Positions 1 to 10,420 of a stretch of DNA of 64,000 nt are shown here, piece after piece (within the stretch, counting starts at the first letter, position 1; each line of letters starts with the position of its first letter). The stretch is taken from assembly GCA_964437495.1 (NCBI GenBank), contig CAYTGV010000006.1, forward strand, positions 18,529 to 82,528, read 5' to 3'. This stretch comes from an uncultured Planctomycetia bacterium. GTDB lineage: Bacteria; Omnitrophota; Gorgyraeia; B26-G9. Position numbers and translations under genes: made by a program. The notes under the pieces are model-generated. The model was not told the origin of the DNA, made no database searches, and saw nothing but the letters and a program-made list of their open reading frames with translations.

Positions 1-594
1 CTTTTTAACATGTCTCTGATAAACTTTTTTATACTCGCCTACAAGTTCTTTAAGCTGTGCGGCATTCAGATCATTATCAATTTTTGCCTTATATTTCTTT
101 TTTATCGCAATAAGTTTTTCCTCGAAATATTCATGCTGCACTCCCATTACTACATCACCAAACATATCGATAAAGCGCCTGTAAGCATCCCAGGCAAGTC
201 TTTCATTATTAGTCTTTTTTGCCATTCCCTGTACAGCCGCATCATTAAGACCTAAATTGAGAACTGTATCCATCATCCCAGGCATTGATACTGCCGCACC
301 GCTTCTAACCGAAACAAGCAAAGGATTTTTCTCATCCCCCAGCTTTGCGCCCATTGCCTTTTCAAGCTTTTTAATATTATCATCGATCTGTTTCTGTAGC
401 TCTTTGGGATATTTCTTTCCATGTTTGTTATAATAATCGCATACTTCTGTTGAAATTGTAAATCCTGGCGGCACCGGAACCCCAATTTTTGCCATCTCAG
501 CAAGATTAGCTCCCTTTCCACCCAGAAGAGCCTTCATTTTTGCATTTCCTTCAGACTGTCCTTTACCAAAAAAATAAACATACTTCTTAGCCAT
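1..594 (-). CDS. ppdK: Pyruvate, phosphate dikinase, N-terminal part (5' partial; gene continues beyond the window start)
   Basis: Absent from the ORF track because the window edge truncates it. The minus-strand frame from the ATG at 594 reads [49 protein letters not shown]..., the PEP-utilising enzyme / PPDK N-terminal signature, and stays open to position 1. Confidence 0.7.
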   Translation of the reverse strand, partial: MAKKYVYFFGKGQSEGNAKMKALLGGKGANLAEMAKIGVPVPPGFTISTEVCDYYNKHGKKYPKELQKQIDDNIKKLEKAMGAKLGDEKNPLLVSVRSGAAVSMPGMMDTVLNLGLNDAAVQGMAKKTNNERLAWDAYRRFIDMFGDVVMGVQHEYFEEKLIAIKKKYKAKIDNDLNAAQLKELVGEYKKVYQRHVKK

Positions 595-647
595 CTCTTA
601 AAAATCCCCTTTCCAAACAGTTTACCTGTAATCCAATTTGCTTTACA

Positions 648-1973
648 TTAACCCAGTTTATCCTTAAAATACTCATCCAGCTTATCTATGCTAATCCTAT
701 CTTGAGCCATAGTGTCGCGATCTCTTATTGTTACCATTTTATCTTCCAAAGACTGCACATCAACAGTAACGCAATACAGCGTGCCTATCTCGTCTTGTCG
801 TCGATAAAGTTTACCTATAGAAGCTGTATCGTCGTATTTTACCACAAAATATTTTTTTAAGCCACTACTTATTTTTTTCGCGTACTCTACAATATCGCTA
901 TTTTTTTTAAGCAAAGGCAACACAGCTATCTTAAAAGGACTCAAGCTTTTATTAAGCCCTAAAACCACCCTTTTCGCTCCCTTGACTTCCTCCTCACGAT
1001 AGGCATCTACCAGGAATGCCAATAAAGCCCTGTCTACTCCGCCTGAAGGCTCCACAACATGCGGCAGATATCTTTTATTTGCCAGCTGATCAAAATAAGT
1101 CAGATCTTTGCCGCTTACTTTAGCATGTTGACTCAGATCAAAATCTCCCCGATTTGCTATGCCTTCAAGCTCAGACCAGCCAAAAGGAAAATTGTATTCT
1201 ATATCAGTACACCCGCTTGCATAATGCGCCAATTCATCATCTGCGTGTACGCGTAATCGAAGCCTATCTTTTTTTATCCCAAGATCCTGATACCACTGAA
1301 ACCTGTCCGCAACCCAGCGTTTATAGGCATTTTCTGATTTCTCAGGCTTTACAAAATACTCGATCTCCATCTGCTCAAATTCACGCGTTCGGAATGTAAA
1401 ATTTCCCGGCGTTATCTCATTGCGAAAACTCTTGCCGATCTGCGCTACGCCAAAGGGGAGTTTTCTGGAACGGGAATTAACCACATTGAGAAAATTCACA
1501 AAAATTCCCTGTGCGGTTTCTGGTCTAAGATAAGTTACTGCGCCTTCATCTTCAACCGGGCCGAGAAATGTCTTGAGCATCAGATTAAATAAACGCGGCG
1601 GATTGCTTTTAAGATCAATATCTGCCTTACATTCAGGACACTTTCTATTATCACCGTCACCTGGCAAATGATCCACACGAAATCGTTTTTTACAAGACCT
1701 ACAGTCAACCAGCGCATCTGTAAAGCCATCGATATGGCCTGATGCCTTCCAAGTAGACGGATGCATTAAAATAGCCGCGTCAAGCCCCTCTATATCCTCT
1801 CGCAAATGCACCACAGACTTCCACCAGGCCTGTTTTACATTGCGCTTAAGCTCAACTCCTAGAGGGCCGTAATCCCAGGTACTGCCCAGGCCCCCGTAAA
1901 TCTCAGAACTCGGAAATATAAATCCGCGCCGTTTGCACAATGAAACAATTGTATCCATACTTACTTTACACAT
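648..1973 (-). CDS. glyQS: Glycine--tRNA ligase (dimeric class II GlyRS)
   Basis: 441-aa ORF with class II aaRS motifs and the anticodon-binding C-terminal domain typical of GlyRS2. Confidence 0.88.
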   Translation of the reverse strand: MCKVSMDTIVSLCKRRGFIFPSSEIYGGLGSTWDYGPLGVELKRNVKQAWWKSVVHLREDIEGLDAAILMHPSTWKASGHIDGFTDALVDCRSCKKRFRVDHLPGDGDNRKCPECKADIDLKSNPPRLFNLMLKTFLGPVEDEGAVTYLRPETAQGIFVNFLNVVNSRSRKLPFGVAQIGKSFRNEITPGNFTFRTREFEQMEIEYFVKPEKSENAYKRWVADRFQWYQDLGIKKDRLRLRVHADDELAHYASGCTDIEYNFPFGWSELEGIANRGDFDLSQHAKVSGKDLTYFDQLANKRYLPHVVEPSGGVDRALLAFLVDAYREEEVKGAKRVVLGLNKSLSPFKIAVLPLLKKNSDIVEYAKKISSGLKKYFVVKYDDTASIGKLYRRQDEIGTLYCVTVDVQSLEDKMVTIRDRDTMAQDRISIDKLDEYFKDKLG

Positions 1974-2724
1974 AAGAATACCTAACCTTTTTTAAAAGCT
2001 CTAATGATTTAAACTCTTCAGTAATATGGTAACTGATAAAACTACGCAGTAACTTCTCAAGCTCGATAAAAACACTTGGTACGATTTTAAAACCACTTAA
2101 CTTTTTAAGTTCTATTTTTTCAATATGCCTTAAAGTAGCAATAGTGCCCTTCATTAAATTTTGCGCGTTTTCATCAAAGTTGAAACACTTTTCACACAAA
2201 AGGCCTCCCAGAATATAGCTGAACTTGCTTTTATCAAATATTTGACCATCACAATGCACGCAAAAATCCAAGTTAGGCTTAAACCCAGAAAGATTTAAAA
2301 ATTTAATTTCGAAAACCTGTACAACATGAGGTATGTTATCCTCTTTATCGAGAAAACTCAAGAAATTCTTAAGCAGCTGGAAAATTTCCTTATTTTTATC
2401 TCCGATACCCATAGCCGCATTTATAAGTTCAAGGAAATAACTCCCGTAACAGTATTTTTCTATATCCTTATCAATTCCGCCAAAATGTTCGATCAGATCA
2501 GCCTGGCTAATAATATTTAAGCTTCCATGAACACTTTCATAAAAAACTATTTCGATAAAACTCAGAGGGACAAAACTACTGCCGAATTTACCGATCTTTC
2601 TTTTCGCCCCCTTGGCCTGAGCGTGAATTTTACCAAAATCAGCTGTAAATAAACTCAGCAGATAACTTGTTTCTCTGTAATCCTTTCGATCAATAACTAT
2701 TGCTTCAGTCTTATGTATGGCCAT
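1966..2724 (-). CDS. recO: DNA repair protein RecO
   Basis: 252-aa ORF; N-terminal OB fold (MAIHKTEAIVIDRKDYRETSYLL...) and a C-terminal zinc-finger-like CxxC...CxxC. Confidence 0.8.
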   Translation of the reverse strand: MAIHKTEAIVIDRKDYRETSYLLSLFTADFGKIHAQAKGAKRKIGKFGSSFVPLSFIEIVFYESVHGSLNIISQADLIEHFGGIDKDIEKYCYGSYFLELINAAMGIGDKNKEIFQLLKNFLSFLDKEDNIPHVVQVFEIKFLNLSGFKPNLDFCVHCDGQIFDKSKFSYILGGLLCEKCFNFDENAQNLMKGTIATLRHIEKIELKKLSGFKIVPSVFIELEKLLRSFISYHITEEFKSLELLKKVRYSYV

Positions 2725-2732
2725 TATAAATT

Positions 2733-3437
2733 TTAGAGTTTTAATAAGAAAAAGATTAAACTAGTAAGCCCAAGGCCGACAAACGCGCCTGCTATTACTT
2801 CCTTTAAGCTATGAAATCCAGGCCGGATTCTGCTTTGAGCCAGCAAGATAGCTAATATAAGCACCAGCACAATAAGCAGCTTACTTGGCGAAAGAAACAA
2901 GGCAATAGCCCATACAGAAAAAGCAATAGCCGCATGACCTGAAGGCATACCACCGCGCAAAGGTTTACCTCGCCCGATTTTAGCCTTTGAAAAAATCACC
3001 GTCACAATCACAATAATTATAGAGACAAAAGTAATATGCAGCGGCTTTTGCCTTATATAATCAATACTAGTCTCTAAAGTGTCTACAGGGAAATCTGTCA
3101 AGAACAACAGGTACCCGACAAATACAGCATTGATCGCTGCTAACAGCACTGCTCCGGCCGTAATATCCTTTATTATTCGTGCCAGCGGGTGAAATTCATC
3201 CGTAATCAAATCTATGATCAGCTCCACACTGGTATTGAACATTTCTGTTATCATAACAAAGCTGATCGTAAGCAGAAGCAGAATTAATTCGATTTTAGAA
3301 AAGTTATAATAAAAACCCATCAAAAGAACAACAATCGCTGCCAAAAAATGAAGCCGCATATTTTTTTGTGTTTTTAATACATAAAGGAATCCTTCAATGG
3401 CATAATTAAAACTTTCAAATAATCTTCTTCTATGCAT
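2733..3437 (-). CDS. dgkA: Diacylglycerol/undecaprenol kinase (DgkA) fused to a C-terminal PAP2-like phosphatase half
   Basis: The N-terminal ~120 aa match DgkA (ESFNYAIEGF..., ITEMFNTSVELIID, 3 TM helices). The C-terminal ~110 aa carry PAP2 motif 2 (PSGH) and motif 3 (SRxxxxxHxxxE), but motif 1 is contracted or degenerate. Confidence 0.7.
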   Translation of the reverse strand: MHRRRLFESFNYAIEGFLYVLKTQKNMRLHFLAAIVVLLMGFYYNFSKIELILLLLTISFVMITEMFNTSVELIIDLITDEFHPLARIIKDITAGAVLLAAINAVFVGYLLFLTDFPVDTLETSIDYIRQKPLHITFVSIIIVIVTVIFSKAKIGRGKPLRGGMPSGHAAIAFSVWAIALFLSPSKLLIVLVLILAILLAQSRIRPGFHSLKEVIAGAFVGLGLTSLIFFLLKL

Positions 3438-3861
3438 AATTCTCCAAAATTTCCCTTTGAATAGCTTCCATCTTCTTGCGCTTGCTGGGGGTTAGATCAT
3501 CGAACCCGAGTAAATGAAGAATTCCATGCACTAAATAAAGCCGGATTTCTTGCGTAAAACTTGTTTTGAATTCTTTAGCGCGCAAGGCAGCCGTTTCCAG
3601 AGAAATAATCACATCGCCTAAAATTTCCGGATGCATATGCGAAAACTCTCCATCCTGCATTCGAAAAGCTAGGACATCGGTTGGATAATCCTTCTTTAGA
3701 TATTGCTTATTAAAATCCTTAATAGCTTTATCATTCACCAAAAGGATACTTATCTCTTTTTCATCAATACCTTGATGTTCCAGAGTCTTATTCGCCAGTT
3801 TTTTTAGGTCTTTCAGGCTTACTTTTTTTTTCTGAAGATTCTTTATTTTTATTTTGTTCAT
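3430..3861 (-). CDS. ybeY: rRNA maturation endoribonuclease YbeY
   Basis: HGxLHLxGxDH metal-binding motif (HGILHLLGFDD). I place the start at MNKIKIK (3861), not the upstream ATG at 3891, and it still overlaps the 3' end of pgpH by about 74 nt. Confidence 0.85.
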   Translation of the reverse strand: MNKIKIKNLQKKKVSLKDLKKLANKTLEHQGIDEKEISILLVNDKAIKDFNKQYLKKDYPTDVLAFRMQDGEFSHMHPEILGDVIISLETAALRAKEFKTSFTQEIRLYLVHGILHLLGFDDLTPSKRKKMEAIQREILENYA

Positions 3862-5464
3862 TTTGCAGCTGCTTAATATCCGGATATTCAACCCTTGAGT
3901 GAAATATCCCGTTAAGAATATGTGTAAAAACTCCTGCTATTGTATGCAGATCCTTTAAAGTTAGCGCGCATCCATTTAATTGTCCATCGATAAACTTATT
4001 ATTAACGATCCGGCTGACTAATTCATTGATCTTGCCTGGAGTAGGCTGATGGATAGCTTTTGAAGCAGCCTCAACAGAATCAGCCAGCATAACTATTGCG
4101 GCCTCTTTAGACTGTGGCTTTGGCCCGGGATATCTAAAATCCTCTTGCTGAACCTTGCTTTTCTCTTCCTCGTGCATTTCAAGTGCTTTATGATAAAAGA
4201 AATGCACAACATCATCACCGTGATGCTGTACAATTATATCAATTATGTCTTTGCCAAGTTTATATTTTTTAGCCAAGTCCGCCCCTTCTTTAATATGATT
4301 GATTATAATAAGGCTGCTGATCGTAGGACTTAAATTTTCGTGCTTGTTCTCAATTTGCCCCTGGTTTTCGGAAAAATATGGCGCCATGCGCAGTTTTCCG
4401 ATATCATGGAAATAGCCGCCTACTCTGGCAAGCAGGCTATTGGCACCTACCGCCTCTGCTGCTGATTCAGCTAGATTTCCAACAACCAAACTGTGATGAT
4501 ATGTTCCCGGAGCCCTAAGCATCAGTTCTTTTAAAACCGGTTGGTTTAAATCAGAGAGCTCAAGCAAACTGATATTTGTTGTGATCTGAAACAATATTTC
4601 AAAAATAGGCAAAAGTCCGGTAACTATTATCGCGGACAGTATTCCATTGGCAAGCCCCCAGGCACCCTGAACAATAAGGGTATTGATAGAAACAAAATTA
4701 ATCAGCCCCATTGAAACAATGGCAACCATATGTGTCAGTCCGATTATAAAACCGGCTTTAGTTAGATTGCGTCTGCGCCGGACATTGAGCACAGCATATA
4801 TACTGACTATACCGCCTGACATCATCGTAACCATAACATCAAAGCTGCCTCCTGTTAAAACAGAAAGCAGAATACTCAGTAGTACCGTAAGCATCAGGGC
4901 TACACCCGGATCAATAAGCATGGCCACCAGCATAGATATACTTGCCAGGGGTATCAGATAGACAGACCATGATGCAAATAAAATAGCCTTAGTCCCTAGA
5001 ACGATAAATAATATCAGCAGGCATAAAAGCAGGACATTCTTCTCTTTATAAAGAATTCTAGCTTTATGAATGGTATCATAGGTTACAATAATTACAGCAA
5101 ATAATATAAGCAGAAGTAAAATACCGAGTATATAGTAAAGATTTTTCGGCTGCTTTTGGATATTATGCAGTTCTATGGTAGCCAATTCCTGGTTCTTATT
5201 TATTTTCTCTCCTCTTTCTACTATCAGCTCATTCTTTTTTATTTTTAATTCCAATCCGTCCTTATTAATGAATGAGAAATCATAAGGAGAAAATATATCC
5301 CGCTGACTAATCTGCCCCTGCTCGAGATAGCACCCTGTCCAGAGAAAATCCTTGCCCAGAAAAAAAACAAGGCTTAAAAGCAGACAAAGAAAAATCACCA
5401 AGATCACACCTAGTGAATTCTTTTTTGTTATATTATCAGCTAACTCCGGGTTTTTACTGTTCAT
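3788..5464 (-). CDS. pgpH: 7TM-receptor with intracellular HD hydrolase domain (PgpH/YqfF family c-di-AMP phosphodiesterase)
   Basis: 558-aa ORF with an N-terminal extracellular region, seven predicted TM helices and a C-terminal HD domain (HHSLVVGNLAE...HDIGK), sitting in the conserved position between phoH and ybeY. Confidence 0.8.
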   Translation of the reverse strand: MNSKNPELADNITKKNSLGVILVIFLCLLLSLVFFLGKDFLWTGCYLEQGQISQRDIFSPYDFSFINKDGLELKIKKNELIVERGEKINKNQELATIELHNIQKQPKNLYYILGILLLLILFAVIIVTYDTIHKARILYKEKNVLLLCLLILFIVLGTKAILFASWSVYLIPLASISMLVAMLIDPGVALMLTVLLSILLSVLTGGSFDVMVTMMSGGIVSIYAVLNVRRRRNLTKAGFIIGLTHMVAIVSMGLINFVSINTLIVQGAWGLANGILSAIIVTGLLPIFEILFQITTNISLLELSDLNQPVLKELMLRAPGTYHHSLVVGNLAESAAEAVGANSLLARVGGYFHDIGKLRMAPYFSENQGQIENKHENLSPTISSLIIINHIKEGADLAKKYKLGKDIIDIIVQHHGDDVVHFFYHKALEMHEEEKSKVQQEDFRYPGPKPQSKEAAIVMLADSVEAASKAIHQPTPGKINELVSRIVNNKFIDGQLNGCALTLKDLHTIAGVFTHILNGIFHSRVEYPDIKQLQNEQNKNKESSEKKSKPERPKKTGE

Positions 5465-5465
5465 T

Positions 5466-6452
5466 TTATTTTTCCTCAGAACATTCTTTAAATTTAGCGT
5501 AAGCTTTAATTATATCTCTGACCAGTTTATGTCTCACCACATCAGACTCATTCAAATAAACGAATTTTATACCCTCAATATTTCCTAAGATCGGCTGTAT
5601 TTGGACCAGCCCTGACCTTTTATTCAAAGGTAAATCCACCTGGGTGATATCTCCGGTAACAACAACCTTAGAATCAAAGCCAAGGCGTGTAAGAAACATT
5701 TTCATCTGCTCAGGTGTACTGTTCTGGGCTTCATCAAGTATAATAAACGCGTCATTAAGCGTACGCCCGCGCATATAGGCCAACGACGCTACTTCAATTA
5801 AGCCTTTCTGCAGGTATGCCTGAACTTTATCCGCGTCCATCATTTCATATAAAGCATCATATATAGGCCGCAAATACGGATCAATTTTCTCCATTATATC
5901 ACCCGGCAGAAACCCCAGGCTTTCGCCTGCTTCAACCGCGGGGCGCATCAAAATCACCCGCCCCATCTGGCGATTTTTTAAAGCATTAACTGCCATAGCA
6001 ATTGCCAGATAGGTTTTTCCTGTTCCGGCAGGGCCAATACCAAATGTTATATCACAATTTCTAATAGCATCAACATAGCTTTTCTGCCCCTTAGTTTTAG
6101 GGGTAATAAACTGACGTTTACTCATTACTTCTATACGCTCAGTTAAAATCCACGCATTGGGAATCGTGCCGGTTTCTTTTAAGATATTTATAGCGTTTTT
6201 TATTTCCTGTTTATGCAACTGCGTCCCCTGTCGAACGATACTAATTAGTTCCTTTAGCAATTTCTCAGCCAGGATAATATTATCTTTTTTTCCTTGTAGG
6301 GTGAGCTTTTCGCCGCGCGCAGCAATTTGGATGGTGAGCTCTTGCTTAATGAGCTTTAGATTTTCATCGTGCCGGCCAAAAAGTACATTTGCCTCTTCAT
6401 CGCTTTGAAGTTTTATTACTTTTTCCATACCTACTTGCTTTGGTCTCAACAA
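5466..6452 (-). CDS. phoH: PhoH-like ATPase (YbeZ family)
   Basis: Walker A motif GPAGTGKT and PhoH family conservation; N-terminal KH-like extension. Confidence 0.85.
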   Translation of the reverse strand: MLRPKQVGMEKVIKLQSDEEANVLFGRHDENLKLIKQELTIQIAARGEKLTLQGKKDNIILAEKLLKELISIVRQGTQLHKQEIKNAINILKETGTIPNAWILTERIEVMSKRQFITPKTKGQKSYVDAIRNCDITFGIGPAGTGKTYLAIAMAVNALKNRQMGRVILMRPAVEAGESLGFLPGDIMEKIDPYLRPIYDALYEMMDADKVQAYLQKGLIEVASLAYMRGRTLNDAFIILDEAQNSTPEQMKMFLTRLGFDSKVVVTGDITQVDLPLNKRSGLVQIQPILGNIEGIKFVYLNESDVVRHKLVRDIIKAYAKFKECSEEK

Positions 6453-6457
6453 GCAGC

Positions 6458-7069
6458 TTAATCTTGAGGAATTAAAATTTTCTGACCGGGATAAATTTTG
6501 TTTGGACTTTTTAATATCCCTTTATTGAAATCGAAAATTTGCTGCCATTTTTTGGTAGTCCCATATACTTTCTTTGAAATCTTTTGTAATGTATCGCCTT
6601 TTTGAACTTTGTAGGAAATAAATTTCACCTTTTCTTTCACTACTGGCTCCGGTTTTACCGTTTCAGGCTGGGGGATAGCATCTGCCTCTTCATAGACATC
6701 TTCAGGCAGAATTATAGGCTCTGACTTTACCAAAGGATCCGGCTGTCTGACTACTGGTTGGGGCCCTCCATAAATATAACCACGGTTTCCCCACAATTCT
6801 TCATCTTCAGTTCTTTCAGGTCTAAAATTTTTCCACTCAGCATAAGGAGGAACTTCTAATGTAACTTGATATATTTTTCTGGTTTTCAATTTTGTTTGGG
6901 ATGGCTCTGAAGGAGGCTTGGGGCCTTTTATATAGCCCATATTGCCTGAGTTTGTATCCTGATCAATACGCTCTTTTTCAATAGTACTTATATTCACACG
7001 TTTGACACAGCCGCTAACATTTAAAGCAAATAAAATAATCACAACGCAAGCAATCAGTATTCTTTTCAT
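6458..7069 (-). CDS. Secreted LysM domain protein
   Basis: Signal peptide or lipobox-like N-terminus (…LNVSGC) and a C-terminal LysM (YKVQKGDTLQKISKKVYG...YPGQKILIP). Confidence 0.6.
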   Translation of the reverse strand: MKRILIACVVIILFALNVSGCVKRVNISTIEKERIDQDTNSGNMGYIKGPKPPSEPSQTKLKTRKIYQVTLEVPPYAEWKNFRPERTEDEELWGNRGYIYGGPQPVVRQPDPLVKSEPIILPEDVYEEADAIPQPETVKPEPVVKEKVKFISYKVQKGDTLQKISKKVYGTTKKWQQIFDFNKGILKSPNKIYPGQKILIPQD

Positions 7070-7154
7070 AGTTCAATACCCCCCCCATGGTCATTAAGCA
7101 TTTACAATGCCTTATTTTTTTTAATATTTAAAACATTGTTATTATTATAAAACA

Positions 7155-8912
7155 TTAGTCTTTTATTGTCAAATGAAGCTCATCAAGCTGCTTTTTTGCA
7201 ACAACCGAGGGCGCCATAGTCAATGGGCAAAAACCCTTCTGAGTCTTAGGAAAAGCTATAACATCCCGAATACTAGGACTTTTACTCATCAGGGCGATCA
7301 GCCTGTCTATTCCCGGAGCAAATCCTCCATGCGGAGGGGCTCCATAAGTAAAGGCTTCAAGCAAAAATCCAAATTTAGATTTAATCTCATCCTTATCCAT
7401 TCCCAGTATATCGAAAATCTTCTGCTGCAATTGCTCCTCATGAATACGAATACTGCCGCTTCCCAATTCTGTACCATTGATAACCAGATCATAAGCGCAA
7501 GACCTGACTCTGCCTAAATCAGTATCCATGTATTCTATATCTTCAGGTTTAGGAGAAGTGAAAGGATGATGCTCTGAATCCCAGCGCTTCTCTTCAGAAT
7601 TATATTTGAAAAGCGGGAAATCTGTAACCCACAAGAAGTTAAACTTATCATTATCTACGCAATTCAATACCTCAGCGACATTAACTCTCAGACTTCCAAG
7701 AACACTCATGGCAACCGACGCCTTATCTGCGATCAACAGCAATAAATCTCCAGATTTTGCTTTAAAGGCATTAACCAGGCTTTGCAGTAATTCTGGACCT
7801 AAATGTTTTTTTACAGGCGATTGAAAATCATTCTCAAACACCTTTATCCAGACAAGTCCCTTCGCCCCATTTTCAACCGCAGACTTGGTCATAACATCAA
7901 GCTGTTTAAGCGTAAAAGCTGCGCCTCCAGAGGCATTAATGCCCATAACCTTGTTCTTAGCCTCAACTACCTTTTTAAAAACCATAAACTCGCTGTCCTT
8001 CACCAGATCACTAAGATTATGCAAAAGCATACCATAGCGCATATCCGGCTTATCTGTCCCGTAGCTAGCCAATGCCTGCGCATGGGTAAGCCGTAAGAAA
8101 GGAGTCGTTATTTCGATATTCATAGTTTTCGAAAATATACTCTGGACAAGTTCCTCAATAAGACCATAGATATCCTCTTCATCAATAAAAGACATCTCTA
8201 AGTCAAGCTGAGTAAACTCGGGTTGTCGATCTTTTCTCAAATCCTCATCACGAAAACATTTGGCAATCTGATAATATTTATCAATTCCAGAGACCATTAA
8301 GATCTGTTTAAATAACTGCGGAGATTGCGGCAGGGCAAAAAAACTGCCGGGATTAAGACGACTGGGCACAAGATAATCACGCGCTCCCTCAGGCGTACTT
8401 TTGGTCAGTATCGGCGTATCAATATCTAAAAACCCCTGATCATCTAAAAAATCACGAATAACCTTAATCACTTTAGAGCGCAGGATAAGCTTTTTTTTCA
8501 TTCCCTCCCTGCGCAGATCCAGATAGCGATAAGTAAGCCTCAGGTCTTCTCCCACATCTTTATCATCATTGACCTCAAAAGGCAAAGGCCTTGATTTGTT
8601 AAGAATTTCAAGCCCCGTTACATGAATTTCTATCTCACCGGTAGCAAGTTTAGAATTGAGAGTTCCCTCCGGCCGTTCATTTATAACCCCAGAAATAGAA
8701 ATTACAAATTCATTACGAAGTGTCTCAGCTATTTTGTGCACAGATTCATTACGCGTAGGATCAAATACAATTTGGGTTAATCCTTCCCTGTCACGCAAAT
8801 CAATAAAAATCAATCCACCGTGATCACGGCGTGAATTTACCCATCCGCAAAGATTAATGCTTTTTCCTATATCTGTCACTTTTAATTCATTACAATTATG
8901 TGTTCTTTTCAT
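7155..8912 (-). CDS. aspS: Aspartate--tRNA ligase
   Basis: 585-aa bacterial-type AspRS with an N-terminal OB anticodon-binding domain, class II motifs and the GAD insertion. Confidence 0.9.
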   Translation of the reverse strand: MKRTHNCNELKVTDIGKSINLCGWVNSRRDHGGLIFIDLRDREGLTQIVFDPTRNESVHKIAETLRNEFVISISGVINERPEGTLNSKLATGEIEIHVTGLEILNKSRPLPFEVNDDKDVGEDLRLTYRYLDLRREGMKKKLILRSKVIKVIRDFLDDQGFLDIDTPILTKSTPEGARDYLVPSRLNPGSFFALPQSPQLFKQILMVSGIDKYYQIAKCFRDEDLRKDRQPEFTQLDLEMSFIDEEDIYGLIEELVQSIFSKTMNIEITTPFLRLTHAQALASYGTDKPDMRYGMLLHNLSDLVKDSEFMVFKKVVEAKNKVMGINASGGAAFTLKQLDVMTKSAVENGAKGLVWIKVFENDFQSPVKKHLGPELLQSLVNAFKAKSGDLLLLIADKASVAMSVLGSLRVNVAEVLNCVDNDKFNFLWVTDFPLFKYNSEEKRWDSEHHPFTSPKPEDIEYMDTDLGRVRSCAYDLVINGTELGSGSIRIHEEQLQQKIFDILGMDKDEIKSKFGFLLEAFTYGAPPHGGFAPGIDRLIALMSKSPSIRDVIAFPKTQKGFCPLTMAPSVVAKKQLDELHLTIKD

Positions 8913-9021
8913 ATTTACTCTTTATTTAGTTTTCGACTTTTAGTTATTAATTATTAGTCTTTAGTATTTAGTTTTTTGCTTTTTCCCCTAACCACTAAAC
9001 GCTAATCCCTATACGCTATTT

Positions 9022-10182
9022 TTATTTCCCCATTCCTACACGCTGTACCTGCTGGAATATTTTTCCCTCAGTTTTAATTGAAGGCGCAATAATTATTTCT
9101 GTTAAATTCATTTCTTTGATACTCTTAGCTCCTACAGACCCCATAGAAAGCTGCAAAGCGCCTACAAGGTTCTGAGATCCATCATCTAATCTAGCCGGAC
9201 CGAATAATATTTCTTCAAGTGTTCCGGTAGTGCTCACATGTATTCTTGTACCTCTAGGCAAATTAGCATGTGACGTTGCCATGCCCCAATGAAATCCTCT
9301 GCCCGGAGCTTCCTTTGCTCTGGCAAAAGCAGATCCGACCATAACCGCATCCGCACCGCAGGCAAAGGCCTTGCAAATATCACCGCCTGAGCTCATTCCG
9401 CCGTCGGTAATTATCGGCACATATCTGCCTGTTTTCTTAAAATAAAATTCTCTGGCATCAGCAATATCACATGTAGCTGTTACCTGAGGAACTCCGATCC
9501 CCAGAACCCCTCGTGTAGTACAAGCAGCCCCTGGCCCAATACCAACAAGCAATCCGCTGGCACCGGTCTCGAATAATTCAAGCGCTACATCATGCGTAAC
9601 GCAATTTCCGATAAGCACCGGTATTTTCATTTTTTTGCAAAACTTTGTCAGATCAAGCGCCTTGTATTCGGTTGAAATGTGGTGAACAGATGAGACAGTG
9701 GATTGAACAACAAAAATATCTGCTCCCGCGCTTTGCGCCAAAGCACCAAATTTTTCCGCACGCTGAGGAATAGCACTTACAATACATGGAACTTTTTTCT
9801 TTTTTATCTGCTCAATACGAACACCGACAAGTTTTTCCTTGATCGGTTCATGATAAATTCCCTGAACCAGCTTAGTTGCTTCTTCCGGAGTTGCGTTAGC
9901 AATAGCATCAAGCACTTTATTAGGATTTTCATATCGAGTTTGCACACCTTCCAAATTAAGTACAGCAATGCCCCCTAATTTTCCCATTTTAACAGCAAAG
10001 TCCACATCAACAACGCCATCCATAGCAGCAGCTAAAATCGGCACCTTATATTTTTTACCTCCCAGAGTAAAGCTGGTATCAACCTCATTCGGATTTATTG
10101 TAACCAATCCAGGAACTAATGCTACCTCATCAAAACCATAACATCTACGTGCTTTTCTTCCTCTGCCAATAAACTGAGCCAT
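9022..10182 (-). CDS. IMP dehydrogenase family protein lacking the CBS subdomain (GuaB-like)
   Basis: 386-aa ORF with a TIM-barrel IMPDH fold and the catalytic loop GIGPGAACTTR, but no CBS pair. Confidence 0.7.
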   Translation of the reverse strand: MAQFIGRGRKARRCYGFDEVALVPGLVTINPNEVDTSFTLGGKKYKVPILAAAMDGVVDVDFAVKMGKLGGIAVLNLEGVQTRYENPNKVLDAIANATPEEATKLVQGIYHEPIKEKLVGVRIEQIKKKKVPCIVSAIPQRAEKFGALAQSAGADIFVVQSTVSSVHHISTEYKALDLTKFCKKMKIPVLIGNCVTHDVALELFETGASGLLVGIGPGAACTTRGVLGIGVPQVTATCDIADAREFYFKKTGRYVPIITDGGMSSGGDICKAFACGADAVMVGSAFARAKEAPGRGFHWGMATSHANLPRGTRIHVSTTGTLEEILFGPARLDDGSQNLVGALQLSMGSVGAKSIKEMNLTEIIIAPSIKTEGKIFQQVQRVGMGK

Positions 10183-10420
10183 TGCTAAAGAACCTCCTTT
10201 TTTTTATTGATATTTACATGAAAAAAATTCCCATAACATATACTTAATAATTGAGTAGTGAAAAAATAATATAACATAAAATTAATTCTCTGTCAATTAA
10301 TAAAAACTGGTATTTCACTCGGAAAAAACAGCAATCATTTTACCTTTTTTTTTATGCTTTACAAATATAATAATTACCAGCGCTAAAAATATTCCCTAAC
10401 CCTGCAAATAAATGACTATA

